Source of the DNA: Candidatus Multivorans thiocomprendens | Lineage (GTDB): Bacteria; Acidobacteriota; Thermoanaerobaculia; Multivoradales; Multivoraceae | NCBI GenBank assembly: GCA_027493375.1 | Contig: JAPVWO010000243.1 | Span: forward strand, 1 to 63,145 | Direction: 5' to 3' | DNA: 63,145 nt | Part shown: positions 29,839 through 39,022 of the stretch, piece by piece | How positions within the stretch are numbered: position 1 is the first letter of the stretch | Layout of the letters: each line of letters opens with the position of its first letter | Notes under the pieces: generated by a model | Databases searched by the model: none | Seen by the model: the letters and a program-made list of their open reading frames with translations, nothing else | What the model was told of the DNA's origin: nothing | Translations under genes and position numbers: made by a program

Positions 29839-29985
29839 GAGCCGGCGGAGAAGAGTCCGCTCGCCGGGGTCGAGCGCCGGCATCCGCGCGTACATCATGA
29901 CCAGCGCGGACGCGAACCACGCCACGAACAGCAGGTTGCCGGCAATGCCGAGCCAGCGGTGGAGCAGTGTGAGGGCGCGCCGCAA
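29839..29985 (-). pseudogene. N-terminal remnant of a PepSY-TM-like membrane protein
   Basis: Within ORF 29521..30252(-), only ~49 residues (LRRALTLLHRWLGIAGNLLFVAWFASALVMMYARMPALDPGERTLL) look like the N-terminus of PepSY-associated TM proteins. Downstream translation is low-complexity and antisense to the 29216 gene. Confidence 0.4.
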
Positions 29986-29996
29986 CGCGGTCGGGC

Positions 29997-30476
29997 CTAC
30001 TGCCGGAACTGGTTCGGGTCGTTGGCCCAGTACTGCGCGTGGCAGCCGGCGCAGGCGAAGTAGACCTGCTCGCCGGTGTCGAAGATGCCCTGGACGTCGC
30101 GGGCGTCTGCCGCCTGCATCGCCGCGTCGCCGGCGTCGATCAGATCCCGGCACCAGGCGATCCAGTCCTCGTCGTCCATCTTGCGCCGGTCCATCATCAT
30201 CAGGTTGCCCGACTCGGCGACCGTGACCGCGGCGTTGCGAACGAGGGTCCACTCCTCATCGGTCTCCGGTCGTATGTACTCCTCGCCCTCGGGCGTGATG
30301 ATCCAGCCGACCGAAGCCCAGAGGTGGTCGGCGGCCGGTTCCATGACCGAGGCCATCAACAGTCTCGTGCCGGCGACTTCGCGGAACGGCGGTCCGGTCT
30401 CCCCGGCCGCGCACGAGACGAGCGCGAGGGCCGCGACGATGCCTGTCAGGACCAGGAACTTGCGGGCGTGAGCCAT
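29997..30476 (-). CDS. class II cytochrome c (cytochrome c-prime/c556-like) lipoprotein
   Basis: Lipobox LALVSC. A single CxxCH (CAGCH) near the C-terminus, as in four-helix-bundle class II cytochromes. Confidence 0.7.
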   Translation of the reverse strand: MAHARKFLVLTGIVAALALVSCAAGETGPPFREVAGTRLLMASVMEPAADHLWASVGWIITPEGEEYIRPETDEEWTLVRNAAVTVAESGNLMMMDRRKMDDEDWIAWCRDLIDAGDAAMQAADARDVQGIFDTGEQVYFACAGCHAQYWANDPNQFRQ

Positions 30477-30516
30477 GACGGGCGGGGAGTGTAGCGGAGT
30501 AGCGGACTCCCTTTGC

Positions 30517-31368
30517 TCAAACCGCCGTCCTCCAGACGTCGCCGTGGGCGGTGATCCTCACCGGGCTGGACAACGGCCAGTGGGCGCCGACGATCGGGAT
30601 TCCCGTGTCGCTGAAGCGCTCGCAGAAGCTCCGGCGCGTGGCGATTGCGACGTCGCGGTCGATATCGGCGATCGAGCACCACTCCGGGTGCGTGCACTGC
30701 GAGGGGTGGTGCATCACGTCGCCCGCGATCACGCCCTCCTCGTTACCCGACGACACGGCGATGCTGCAGTGGCCCGGCGTGTGGCCGGGCGTGGGGAAGA
30801 ACTGGAGCTCGGGGTTGATTTGGTGGTCGCAGTCGACGAGGTCGACCAGACCGGCCTCGAACACCGGCGCAACCGAGTCGCCGAAGACGTCGCCCCAGTT
30901 GGCCTGGCCCTCGTCCCGCCAGTACTCGAACTCGGGCCGCACCATGACGTAGCGGGCGTTGGGGAAGGTGGGCGCCCACTCGCCGTCGACCTTCATCGTG
31001 TTCCAGCCCACGTGGTCGATGTGGAGATGGGTGCAGACGACGAGGTCGACCTTCTCGCGAGGGAAGCCGGCGTCGCGGATCTCCTGGAGGAACGGTCCGT
31101 CGAGCTCGTTCCAGGCCCGCAGGGCGCGCTTCTTGTCGTTGCCGACGCAGGTGTCGACGACGATCCTGAGCCCTCGCGATTCGACGAGGAAGGCCTGGAT
31201 GATCATCTTGAGCCGCTCGCCGCCGGGCGTCACGAAGTGCGGTTCGAGCCAGTCCAGATCCGGCGCGAGGTTCTCCGGCGTGGCGTCCGGCAGCAGGAAG
31301 GACGCCGGCACCGGGTAGTCGATCTCGATGATCGGTGTGATCGATACGTCGCCGATCTTGATGCCCAT
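30517..31368 (-). CDS. MBL-fold metallo-hydrolase (lactonase-like)
   Basis: HLHIDHVGW (HxHxDH) plus downstream His/Asp ligands (TPGHTPGH). Confidence 0.85.
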   Translation of the reverse strand: MGIKIGDVSITPIIEIDYPVPASFLLPDATPENLAPDLDWLEPHFVTPGGERLKMIIQAFLVESRGLRIVVDTCVGNDKKRALRAWNELDGPFLQEIRDAGFPREKVDLVVCTHLHIDHVGWNTMKVDGEWAPTFPNARYVMVRPEFEYWRDEGQANWGDVFGDSVAPVFEAGLVDLVDCDHQINPELQFFPTPGHTPGHCSIAVSSGNEEGVIAGDVMHHPSQCTHPEWCSIADIDRDVAIATRRSFCERFSDTGIPIVGAHWPLSSPVRITAHGDVWRTAV

Positions 31369-31414
31369 GAGTGCGGATCTCCTGTCGTCGTGTGTCGGGT
31401 TCAGGAGCCGCCGG

Positions 31415-32877
31415 TCAGCGGGTGAGCCAGGCGAACTTCTGCGGCTTTCGCGAGGCCTTCGGGTCGATCAGCACGTTGACCAGGGCGGGCCGGTCGGAGG
31501 CGAGCGCCTTGTCGAGCGTCGGACCCAGGTCCGCCACCTTCTCGACCAGGTAGCCCTTGCCGCCGAAGGCCTCGATCACGCGTTCGTAGCGGGCGCCCAG
31601 GGTGTAGGTGGACGTGGGCAGGGGCTTGCCGGGGATGTACTCGCTGACGCCGCCGCCGATGCCGTTGTTGTTGATGACGACGAAGGTGATCGGCATGCCG
31701 TAGCGGCAGGCGACCTCGACCTCCATGCCGGAGAAGCCGAACGCGGAGTCGCCCTGGACGCAGATCGTGCGCCGGTCCGGATGGACCGCGGCCGCCGCGA
31801 TCGCGAGTCCCGTGCCGACACCCATCGTGCCGAAGGTGCCGGCGTCGAGCCGCTTGCGCGGCTCCATGTTCGGCAGCACGGTGCGCGAGATGTCCATCGT
31901 GTTCGCGCCTTCGGCGATCAGCATGTCCTGCGGCTCGAGGCGGTCGGCGATCTCGCGCAGGGCGCGGTAGTAGCCCATCGGCTCGCTGTCGTCCTCGAGC
32001 ATCGCCTGGACGGCGGCCTGGTTCTGGCTCGCGCTCTCGCGCAGGCTGGCCAGCCACTCGTTGTCGGCGGAGAGGCTGAAAGGTTCGGCGTCGAGCGCCT
32101 CGTTGAGTTGGGCGGTCACCGCCCGCGCGTCACCGACCATGCCGACCTCCGTCGGCACGTTGGTCCCGATCTCCTCCGCGTTGAGGTCGATCTGGAGCAC
32201 CCGGACGCCCTTCTTGAACCGCGGCGGCATCCCGAAGTGAAGGATCCAGTTGAGACGGGCGCCGATCAGGAGGATGACGTCCGCGTTCTGCAGTGCGAAG
32301 GAGCGCGCCGGGGCGACCAGGTGGGGATCGTCGTCGGAGACGACGCCCTTGCCCATCGGCGTCGGCAGCACGGGGAGGTTCGTGCGCTGGACGAAGCGGC
32401 GCACCTCGCTCTCGGCGCGCGCGTAGGCGGCGCCCTTTCCCACGATGACCAACGGGTTCTTCGCCTCGCGCAGGACCGCGACCGCGCGCTCGACGTCCCG
32501 AGGATCGGCGAGTGAAGTCGGCGCCTCCGGGCAGCGGGGCGGGAACTCGACTTCCTCCTCGTCGACCTGGGCGGTCAGGACGTCGTTCGTCAGGTTCAGG
32601 TAGGAGGCGCCGGGACGGCCGTAGATCGACGTGCGGACGGCCTGCTCCACGTAGAACGGCGCCCGGTGAGCAGCGTCGATCTCCGCCGAGTACTTCGAGA
32701 ACGGCCGCGCCGCCTCGACCTGGGGGCACTCCTGGAAGGCGCCCCGGCCATTCTGGTAGCGGTCGTTGGCGCCGCCGAGCAGCACCATCGGCCAGCAGTT
32801 CTTCTCCGCGTTGGCGAGGCCCGCGATGCCGTGCACCATGCCGGGGCGATCAGGGCGGCGCCGGTGGTGGTCGTCAT
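31415..32877 (-). pseudogene. oxc: oxalyl-CoA decarboxylase / 2-hydroxyacyl-CoA lyase-family ThDP enzyme, 5'-truncated and frameshifted
   Basis: ORF 31415..32839 aligns by eye to Oxc from about residue 85 onward (GDSAFGFSGMEVE, NNNGI). The preceding conserved stretch TGAALIAP is in another frame (ORF 32596..32877), whose ATG overlaps the frc stop. The first ~80 residues of the ThDP Pyr domain are absent. Confidence 0.7.
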
Positions 32878-34115
32878 CTGGTAGCGGTCTCCTGGCCGTC
32901 GGTGGCGGGAGCGGGCACTGCGCCCAGCACGCCGTCCGCGCGCAGCCGGTCGATTTCAGGTTGGGAGAGGTTCAGTTCGCCGGCCAGGACGCTGTCCGTG
33001 TGGCGGCCAAGCAGCGGCGCCGCCTCGATCTCGACTTGGCTGTCGCTCAGGTTCATCGGCGATCCGAGAACCCGGACCGGCCCCCTGGACTCGTGCTCGA
33101 CCGTGCGGACGAAGCCGCGCTCCACAAGGTGCGGGTCGGAGAACAGGTCGAGGGTGTCGAGCACGGCGCTCGCCGGCACGCCGGCCGCGCCGAGGATGGC
33201 CATCGCTTCGTGCTTCGTGCGGTGGGCGGTCCACTCGGCGATCGCTTCTAACAGTTCGTCGGCGTTGTCGTGCCGGAGCTTCGGCGTGGCGTAGCGGTTG
33301 TCCTCGGCCAGGTCCGGTCGATCGATCGCCTGACACAGCGCTCGCCACATCCGGTCCGTGACCGCCAGCATGTAGACGTAGTCGTTCGGGCCGAACGGCT
33401 TGCACGGGTACATGTTCATCATCGCGCCGCGGCCCGAGCCGCTGCGCGGGGCCGCCTTCGTGCCGAACTCGCCGTTCATCGCGACCGCGGTGCGCATGAA
33501 CCAGGTCACTCCCTCCTGCATCGACATCTCGACGAGTTGACCCTTGCCGGTGCGCAGCTTGTTGGCGTGAGCCGCGCACAGGGCCAGCGCCATCAGCACC
33601 CCGGTGCCGCAGTCGCCGATCGTCGTGCCGGGACGGAGCGGCGGCCCGTCCGGGTCCCCGGTGATCGACATGGCGCCGCCGGCGGCCTGCGCTACCGGGT
33701 CGAAGCACTTGTAGTCGCTGTACGGACCGCTGTTGCCGAAGCCCTTGATCCGGCCGTAGATGACCTCGGGGTGGACCTCGCGCACCGAGTCGTAGTCGAG
33801 ACGCAGCTTCTCGACCACGCCGGGACCGAAGTTCTCGACCAGGATGTCGAACCGGGGCGCCAGCTTCAGCAGCAGCCCGCGGCCCTCGTCGGTGGCGAGG
33901 TTGATCGCGATGCTGCGCTTGTTGCTGTTCCAGTTGAGGAAGTACTCGGAGTCATCGGTACTTCGTCCACCCGCGAGACCGCGCCCCGGATCGCCGGTGC
34001 CTGGACGCTCCACCTTGACCACGTCGGCGCCCAGCCAGGCCAGGGCCTGGGTACACGAAGTTCCGGCTTCGTACTGCGTCAGATCGAGAATGCGCAGACC
34101 GTCGAGTGCTGGCAT
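32874..34115 (-). CDS. frc: family III CoA-transferase, formyl-CoA:oxalate CoA-transferase-like
   Basis: Internal ATG (MPALDGLRILDLT) of the 1070-aa ORF 32874..36086. The rest of that ORF is antisense to the PQQ gene. Motifs NKRSI, VENFGPG and PLLGRHTD. Adjacent to the oxc-like gene. Confidence 0.8.
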   Translation of the reverse strand: MPALDGLRILDLTQYEAGTSCTQALAWLGADVVKVERPGTGDPGRGLAGGRSTDDSEYFLNWNSNKRSIAINLATDEGRGLLLKLAPRFDILVENFGPGVVEKLRLDYDSVREVHPEVIYGRIKGFGNSGPYSDYKCFDPVAQAAGGAMSITGDPDGPPLRPGTTIGDCGTGVLMALALCAAHANKLRTGKGQLVEMSMQEGVTWFMRTAVAMNGEFGTKAAPRSGSGRGAMMNMYPCKPFGPNDYVYMLAVTDRMWRALCQAIDRPDLAEDNRYATPKLRHDNADELLEAIAEWTAHRTKHEAMAILGAAGVPASAVLDTLDLFSDPHLVERGFVRTVEHESRGPVRVLGSPMNLSDSQVEIEAAPLLGRHTDSVLAGELNLSQPEIDRLRADGVLGAVPAPATDGQETATR

Positions 34116-34223
34116 GGTTGGCCCTCCTGGCTGTGCGTTGCGGGCGCAACGATAACCCGCTTTGCGTCGCTGGTCGGAGGACGGGCGATAGGCTCCGGCG
34201 GCACCAGCAGGAGGGGTCGTCGG

Positions 34224-36272
34224 ATGCGGGCAGGAAAGCGGTGCGGCCATTGGCTTGGGATGGCGGCGCTCACGGTAGTTGGACTTGGGCTGGCTTGGCC
34301 GTCCGGAGCTCAGGACGCGAGCACCATGGTCGAGTGGCCCGCGTTCGGCAGCGGCCCCGACAACACGAAGTACTCGGCGCTCGACCAGATCGACCGGTCG
34401 AACTTCAGGGATCTTCACATCGCCTGGGAGTGGGAATCGCCGTCGACGGCCGTGGCCGAAGCGAACGAGCGGGTCAAGCCCGGCCAGTTCAAGCCGATCC
34501 CGATCATGCTGGGCGGAGTGCTCTACGTCGCCACCGAAGTCGCCCAGGCGGCGGCCATCGACGCGGCCACCGGCGAGACGCTCTGGACCTACGATCCCGA
34601 GTCGTGGCGCGCCGGCCGGCCGGCGAACATCGGCTTCCAGCATCGCGGCGTGGCCGCTTGGCGCGGTCCGGTCGAACGGGATGGTCGCAGCCGTGACGAG
34701 ATCCGGGTCTTCCTGCCCACGCACGACCGCCGGCTGATCGCGATCGACGGCTTGACCGGGGAGCCCGTCGGCGGCTTCGGGATCGACGGCCAGGTCGACC
34801 TGCTGGCGGAACGGGGCGAGGTGGACTTCGGACGCCGGGTCAACCCGCGCGCGATCACCCACAGCTCGCCGCCGGCCGTCGTCGGCGACACGGTTGTCGT
34901 GGGCTCCGTCGTCAGCGACGGGCCTAGCCGTCAGGCGGCGCCGCCGGGGCACATCCGCGGCTACGACGTGCGCACCGGCGAGCTGAAGTGGATCTTCCAC
35001 ACGATTCCGCAGGAGGGCGAGTACGGCGTCGACACCTGGGAGAACGACTCCTGGAAGTACAGCGGCAACACGAACGTCTGGAACATGATGACCGTCGACG
35101 AGGAGCTCGGCTACGTCTACCTGCCGGTATCGACGCCGACGAACGACTTCTACGGCGGCCACCGGCTGGGAGACAACCTCTTCGCCGAGAGCATCGTCTG
35201 CCTCGACGCCGACACCGGCGAGCGGGTGTGGCACTTCCAGGCCGTGCACCACGGGCTCTGGGACTACGACTTCCCGACGCCGCCGCAACTCGTCGACATC
35301 ACGGTGGACGGTCGCGAGATCAAGGCGCTGGCGCAGGTCTCGAAGCAGGCGTTCACCTACGTCTTCGACCGGGTTACCGGGGAAGAGGTGTGGCCGATCG
35401 AGGAACGGCCGGTGCCGGATTCGGACGTGCCCGGCGAGCGGGCGTCGCCGACCCAGCCGTTTCCGACCAGACCGCCACCCTTCGACCGCCAGGGGGTCAG
35501 CGAGGAGGACCTGATCGACCTGACGCCGGAGCTGCTGGCCGAGGCGAAGGAGATCGCGTCCAACTTCCGCATGGGGCCGCTCTTCACGCCGCCGAGCACG
35601 GGGACAGGCGTTCTCATGCTGCCGAGCGCGGGCGGCGGGGCGAACTGGCCGGGCGCGGCGGTCGATCCGGAGACCGGCGTCCTCTATGTGCCGTCGTCGA
35701 CCACGATCAGCGTCCATCCGCTGAGCAAGCCCGATCCGGCGCGTTCCAACCTGAACTACGTCGGTTCCTTCTTCGCTCCCTCCGGCAGTCCGCAGGGGCT
35801 GCCTCTCGTCAAGCCGCCCTGGGGGCGGGTGACCGCGATCGACCTCAACACGGGCGAGCACCTGTGGATGACGCCGAACGGTCACGGCCCGAAGGACCAT
35901 CCGGCGCTCGCCGGCCTCGATCCGCCGATGCTGGGTGGCGGCCGCGGAGCGCCGATGCTCACGAAGTCGCTGCTCTTCGTCACCCAGGGCCAGGGTCGGG
36001 GAGACGACAACTCGCCGCGCCTCAACGTCTTCGACAAGGGGACCGGAGAGCTGCTCGGTCACGTCCCGCTGCCGGATACCGCCCACTCCAACCCGATCAC
36101 CTACATGGTGGGGGGGCGGCAGTACATCGTCGTCGCGGTCGGTGGCGGCTCGTTCCTGGCCGACATCGGTGAGCTGCTGGAGGATCCTGGCCTGAACCTC
36201 ACCGACGAGCAGATCGCGGCACTGGCGGCCCGGAAAACGACGCCGAAGCTCGTCGCGCTGGCGCTGCCGTGA
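34224..36272 (+). CDS. PQQ-dependent dehydrogenase (glucose/quinate/shikimate-type soluble beta-propeller), periplasmic
   Basis: Internal ATG of ORF 33270..36272 with GCAGGAGGGG upstream. Signal-like MAALTVVGLGLAWPSGAQ. Motif DNTKYSALDQIDRSNFRDLHIAWEW. Confidence 0.85.
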   Translation: MRAGKRCGHWLGMAALTVVGLGLAWPSGAQDASTMVEWPAFGSGPDNTKYSALDQIDRSNFRDLHIAWEWESPSTAVAEANERVKPGQFKPIPIMLGGVLYVATEVAQAAAIDAATGETLWTYDPESWRAGRPANIGFQHRGVAAWRGPVERDGRSRDEIRVFLPTHDRRLIAIDGLTGEPVGGFGIDGQVDLLAERGEVDFGRRVNPRAITHSSPPAVVGDTVVVGSVVSDGPSRQAAPPGHIRGYDVRTGELKWIFHTIPQEGEYGVDTWENDSWKYSGNTNVWNMMTVDEELGYVYLPVSTPTNDFYGGHRLGDNLFAESIVCLDADTGERVWHFQAVHHGLWDYDFPTPPQLVDITVDGREIKALAQVSKQAFTYVFDRVTGEEVWPIEERPVPDSDVPGERASPTQPFPTRPPPFDRQGVSEEDLIDLTPELLAEAKEIASNFRMGPLFTPPSTGTGVLMLPSAGGGANWPGAAVDPETGVLYVPSSTTISVHPLSKPDPARSNLNYVGSFFAPSGSPQGLPLVKPPWGRVTAIDLNTGEHLWMTPNGHGPKDHPALAGLDPPMLGGGRGAPMLTKSLLFVTQGQGRGDDNSPRLNVFDKGTGELLGHVPLPDTAHSNPITYMVGGRQYIVVAVGGGSFLADIGELLEDPGLNLTDEQIAALAARKTTPKLVALALP

Positions 36273-36288
36273 CGGTTCCCCCGTAGCG

Positions 36289-37299
36289 ATGATCGACGCC
36301 GACGTTCACATCCCCAATCCGCGCCTTCGTGACCTCTACCCCCTGCTGCCGGAGCACTGGGTCGAGCACTTCAACAACACGGTGGACAAGGGCGCCTCCC
36401 AGGAGTACTACCCGCCGCGCTCGCCCGTCGCCGGCCGTCGCGGCGGCTTGGCCGAACTCCGGAAGGCCGTCTTCGAGCAGGCCGGCGCCGAGTTGGCGAT
36501 CTCGAGCTGCCTCTACGCTGTCGACAGCGTCCACAACCCGGACGTCGCCGCGGCGCTAGCGACCGCCACGAACGACTGGCAGTACCGGGAGTGGCTGGAG
36601 CAGGAACCGCGGCTCCGCGGTTCGGTGGTGGCGCCGATCCAGTTGCCGGCCGCCGCGGCCGAGGAGATCGAGCGCTGCGCCGACCGGCCTGGGTTCGTGC
36701 AGGTCCTGATACCCGTGCGCACCGAGCACCCGCTCGGAAGCCGGCTCTACCACCCGCTCTGGAAGACGATCGAGCAGAGCGGCCTGGTGGCGGCGATCCA
36801 CTTCGGAGGCGCCCCCGTCATGCCGCCGACGCCCACCGGCTGGCCGTCCTTCTTTCTGGAGGAGTACACGGCGATGGCGCAGGTGTTCGCGACCCAGCTC
36901 ACGAGCATGATCGTCGAAGGCGTGTTCGACGCGTGTCCGGATCTTCGGGTCGTCTTCCTGGAATCCGGCTTCACCTGGATTCCGTCCCATCTCTGGCGGA
37001 TGGACAAGGAGTGGCGGAATCTGCGGCGGCTGGTGCCCTGGGTGCGCCGCCCGCCGTCGGACTACTTCCGCGAGCACGTCCGGGTCGGCATCCAGCCGCT
37101 CGATTCGCCGCCGGATCCGGCGCATCTCGGCGATGTCGTCGACCAGCTCGGCTCGGAAGACCTGCTTCTGTACGCCAGCGACTATCCCCACGTCCACGCC
37201 TGCGACGCCGGCGATCTGCTGTCGCGGGTGCTGCCGGAGTCGCTAGGGCGTAAGATCGGGTCGGAGAACGCGCGCAGCTTCTACCGCATGGGAGGGTAG
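36289..37299 (+). CDS. amidohydrolase-2 family (ACMSD/LigW-like) metal-dependent hydrolase/decarboxylase
   Basis: MIDADVHIP N-terminal metal motif and C-terminal ASDYPHVH. Confidence 0.8.
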   Translation: MIDADVHIPNPRLRDLYPLLPEHWVEHFNNTVDKGASQEYYPPRSPVAGRRGGLAELRKAVFEQAGAELAISSCLYAVDSVHNPDVAAALATATNDWQYREWLEQEPRLRGSVVAPIQLPAAAAEEIERCADRPGFVQVLIPVRTEHPLGSRLYHPLWKTIEQSGLVAAIHFGGAPVMPPTPTGWPSFFLEEYTAMAQVFATQLTSMIVEGVFDACPDLRVVFLESGFTWIPSHLWRMDKEWRNLRRLVPWVRRPPSDYFREHVRVGIQPLDSPPDPAHLGDVVDQLGSEDLLLYASDYPHVHACDAGDLLSRVLPESLGRKIGSENARSFYRMGG

Positions 37300-37303
37300 C
37301 CAG

Positions 37304-38413
37304 ATGACCGTAACCCTGCATGAGCCGTCCACGACGCCGCCGGTCCTGAAGGCGGGAACCGGGCCCGACCGACCGCCGATCATCGACTGCGACTTCCACA
37401 ACGAGCTTGACTCGATCAAGGACCTCTACCCGTACCTGTCGAAGCGCTGGCGCAACCACCTCGAGACGTTCGGCATCCGTCATCCGAACAGCGGCTACTA
37501 CCCGCGCTTCATGGATCACCGCGAGGAGGCGCGGCCGCCGTCCGGGCGCACGCCCGGTTCGGAAGTCGGCTTCGCGCGGGAGGACTTCCTCGATCCCTAC
37601 AACGTCGAGTACGCGATCCTGAACCCGTTGTCGCCGGTCAGTTCGGCGCTCGACCTGGAACTCGGCGCGGCGCTTGCGCGTGCGGCGAACGACTGGCAGA
37701 TCGCGGAGTGGCTCGATCCGGAACCGCGGCTGCGGGCTTCGGTCGTCGTCACGCCTCAGGATCCCGTCGCCGCGGCGGCGGAGATCCGGCGCCGCGGCGC
37801 CGACGGGCGGTTCGCCCAGGTGCTGTTCATGGGCCGCTTGCAGGAACCGATGGGCCGCCGCAGGTTCTGGCCGATCTACGAAGCCTGCGTCGAGACGGGC
37901 ATGCACGTCGCCTCGCACGCCTTCGGCGCCTACGGCCACCCGATCACCGGCGCCGGCCACGCCTCGTACTACATCGAGGACCACACCAGCCCACCCCAGG
38001 CCGTGCAGGCGAACATCACGAGCATGGTCGTCGAGGGCGTCTTCGACCGCTTCCCGAGCCTGCGGATGATCTCCGTCGAGAACGGCTTCGCCTGGCTGCC
38101 TCCCCTGATCTGGCGCCTCGACTCGGCCTGGAGCCTCCTGCGCGAGGAAGCGCCGCACCTTGAGCGCCTGCCGTCGGAAGTGATCTCGGAGCACGTCTAC
38201 GTGACTACCCAGCCGATCGAAGAGCCTCCCAGGCGACGCGACTTCCTGAACCTGATCGAGCATTTCGGCGACCTGGCAAGCCACGTTCTGATCGCCAGCG
38301 ACTACCCGCACTGGGACGGGGACAACCCCGACGTCGTGCTGCCGTCGGGGCTCGACGAGGAACTCGTCAAGGGCATCCAGTGCGAGAACGCCCGCGCCCT
38401 CTACGGGCTGTAG
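37304..38413 (+). CDS. amidohydrolase-2 family protein (paralog of the preceding gene)
   Basis: IIDCDFHNE and ASDYPHWDGDNP motifs. Confidence 0.8.
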   Translation: MTVTLHEPSTTPPVLKAGTGPDRPPIIDCDFHNELDSIKDLYPYLSKRWRNHLETFGIRHPNSGYYPRFMDHREEARPPSGRTPGSEVGFAREDFLDPYNVEYAILNPLSPVSSALDLELGAALARAANDWQIAEWLDPEPRLRASVVVTPQDPVAAAAEIRRRGADGRFAQVLFMGRLQEPMGRRRFWPIYEACVETGMHVASHAFGAYGHPITGAGHASYYIEDHTSPPQAVQANITSMVVEGVFDRFPSLRMISVENGFAWLPPLIWRLDSAWSLLREEAPHLERLPSEVISEHVYVTTQPIEEPPRRRDFLNLIEHFGDLASHVLIASDYPHWDGDNPDVVLPSGLDEELVKGIQCENARALYGL

Positions 38414-38453
38414 GGCGCCCGCGGCGGGTCGTGTCTGCGCCGGCGGCCCGCGC

Positions 38454-38933
38454 ATGAAGTACGTCGTCGCCGAGGCCTCCGAGATCGAATCGGGCGAGCG
38501 CAAGATGGTCACCGTCGCCGGCCGTTCGATCGGCGTGTTCAACCTCGACGGCGAGTTCTTCGCGCTCCGCAACCGCTGCCCGCATCAGGGCGGCAAGCTC
38601 TGCGAGGGCAAGCTCTGGGGCGTGATCCGTTCCGAACGCCCGGGCGACTTCGAGTACCGCCCGAGCCGCGAGATCCTCTGTTGCCCCTGGCACGGCTGGG
38701 AGTTTCACGTCCGCACCGGCCAGTCCTGGTGCGCGCCCGAGCGGCTGCGGGTGCGCCGCTACGAGGTCGAGACCGTCCCCGGCGAGGAGATCGCCGAGGC
38801 TGCCGATGCCGCCTCGCCGCAGCCGGACGACCCCGACGCCCCGGTCCCGGGCATGGTCAAGGGTCCCTACACGGCCGAGACGTACCCGGTCACCCGGGAG
38901 GGCGAGTACCTGGTCGTCGAGATTCCGAGGTAG
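38454..38933 (+). CDS. Rieske [2Fe-2S] domain protein
   Basis: CPHQGG ... CPWHGWEF (CxH / CxxH ligand pairs). Confidence 0.85.
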   Translation: MKYVVAEASEIESGERKMVTVAGRSIGVFNLDGEFFALRNRCPHQGGKLCEGKLWGVIRSERPGDFEYRPSREILCCPWHGWEFHVRTGQSWCAPERLRVRRYEVETVPGEEIAEAADAASPQPDDPDAPVPGMVKGPYTAETYPVTREGEYLVVEIPR

Positions 38934-38953
38934 CGGCTCCGCCTGCCAGCGTT

Positions 38954-38993
38954 CAGCGGGTGAAACGGACAAGACCCAGCGGGTGAAACGGAC
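38954..38993. repeat. 17-nt tandem direct repeat (2 copies, 23-nt period)
   Basis: CAGCGGGTGAAACGGAC at 38954-38970 and again at 38977-38993, in the convergent intergenic region. Confidence 0.85.
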
Positions 38994-39022
38994 TAAGGTC
39001 TGGCGGGCCAGACGGCTGGCGT

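Noticed and set aside
32874-36086. 1070-aa ORF on the minus strand
   Set aside because: Only the last 413 codons (32874..34115) are a real CoA-transferase. The upstream ~650 codons are Arg/Pro/Gly-rich low complexity lying antisense to a clearly recognisable PQQ dehydrogenase gene. This is a high-GC artefact.
38954-38993. Possible CRISPR array
   Set aside because: Only two 17-nt copies with a 6-nt spacer, and no cas genes. The repeat length and spacing are far from CRISPR geometry. I saw no other regularly spaced repeats anywhere in the window.
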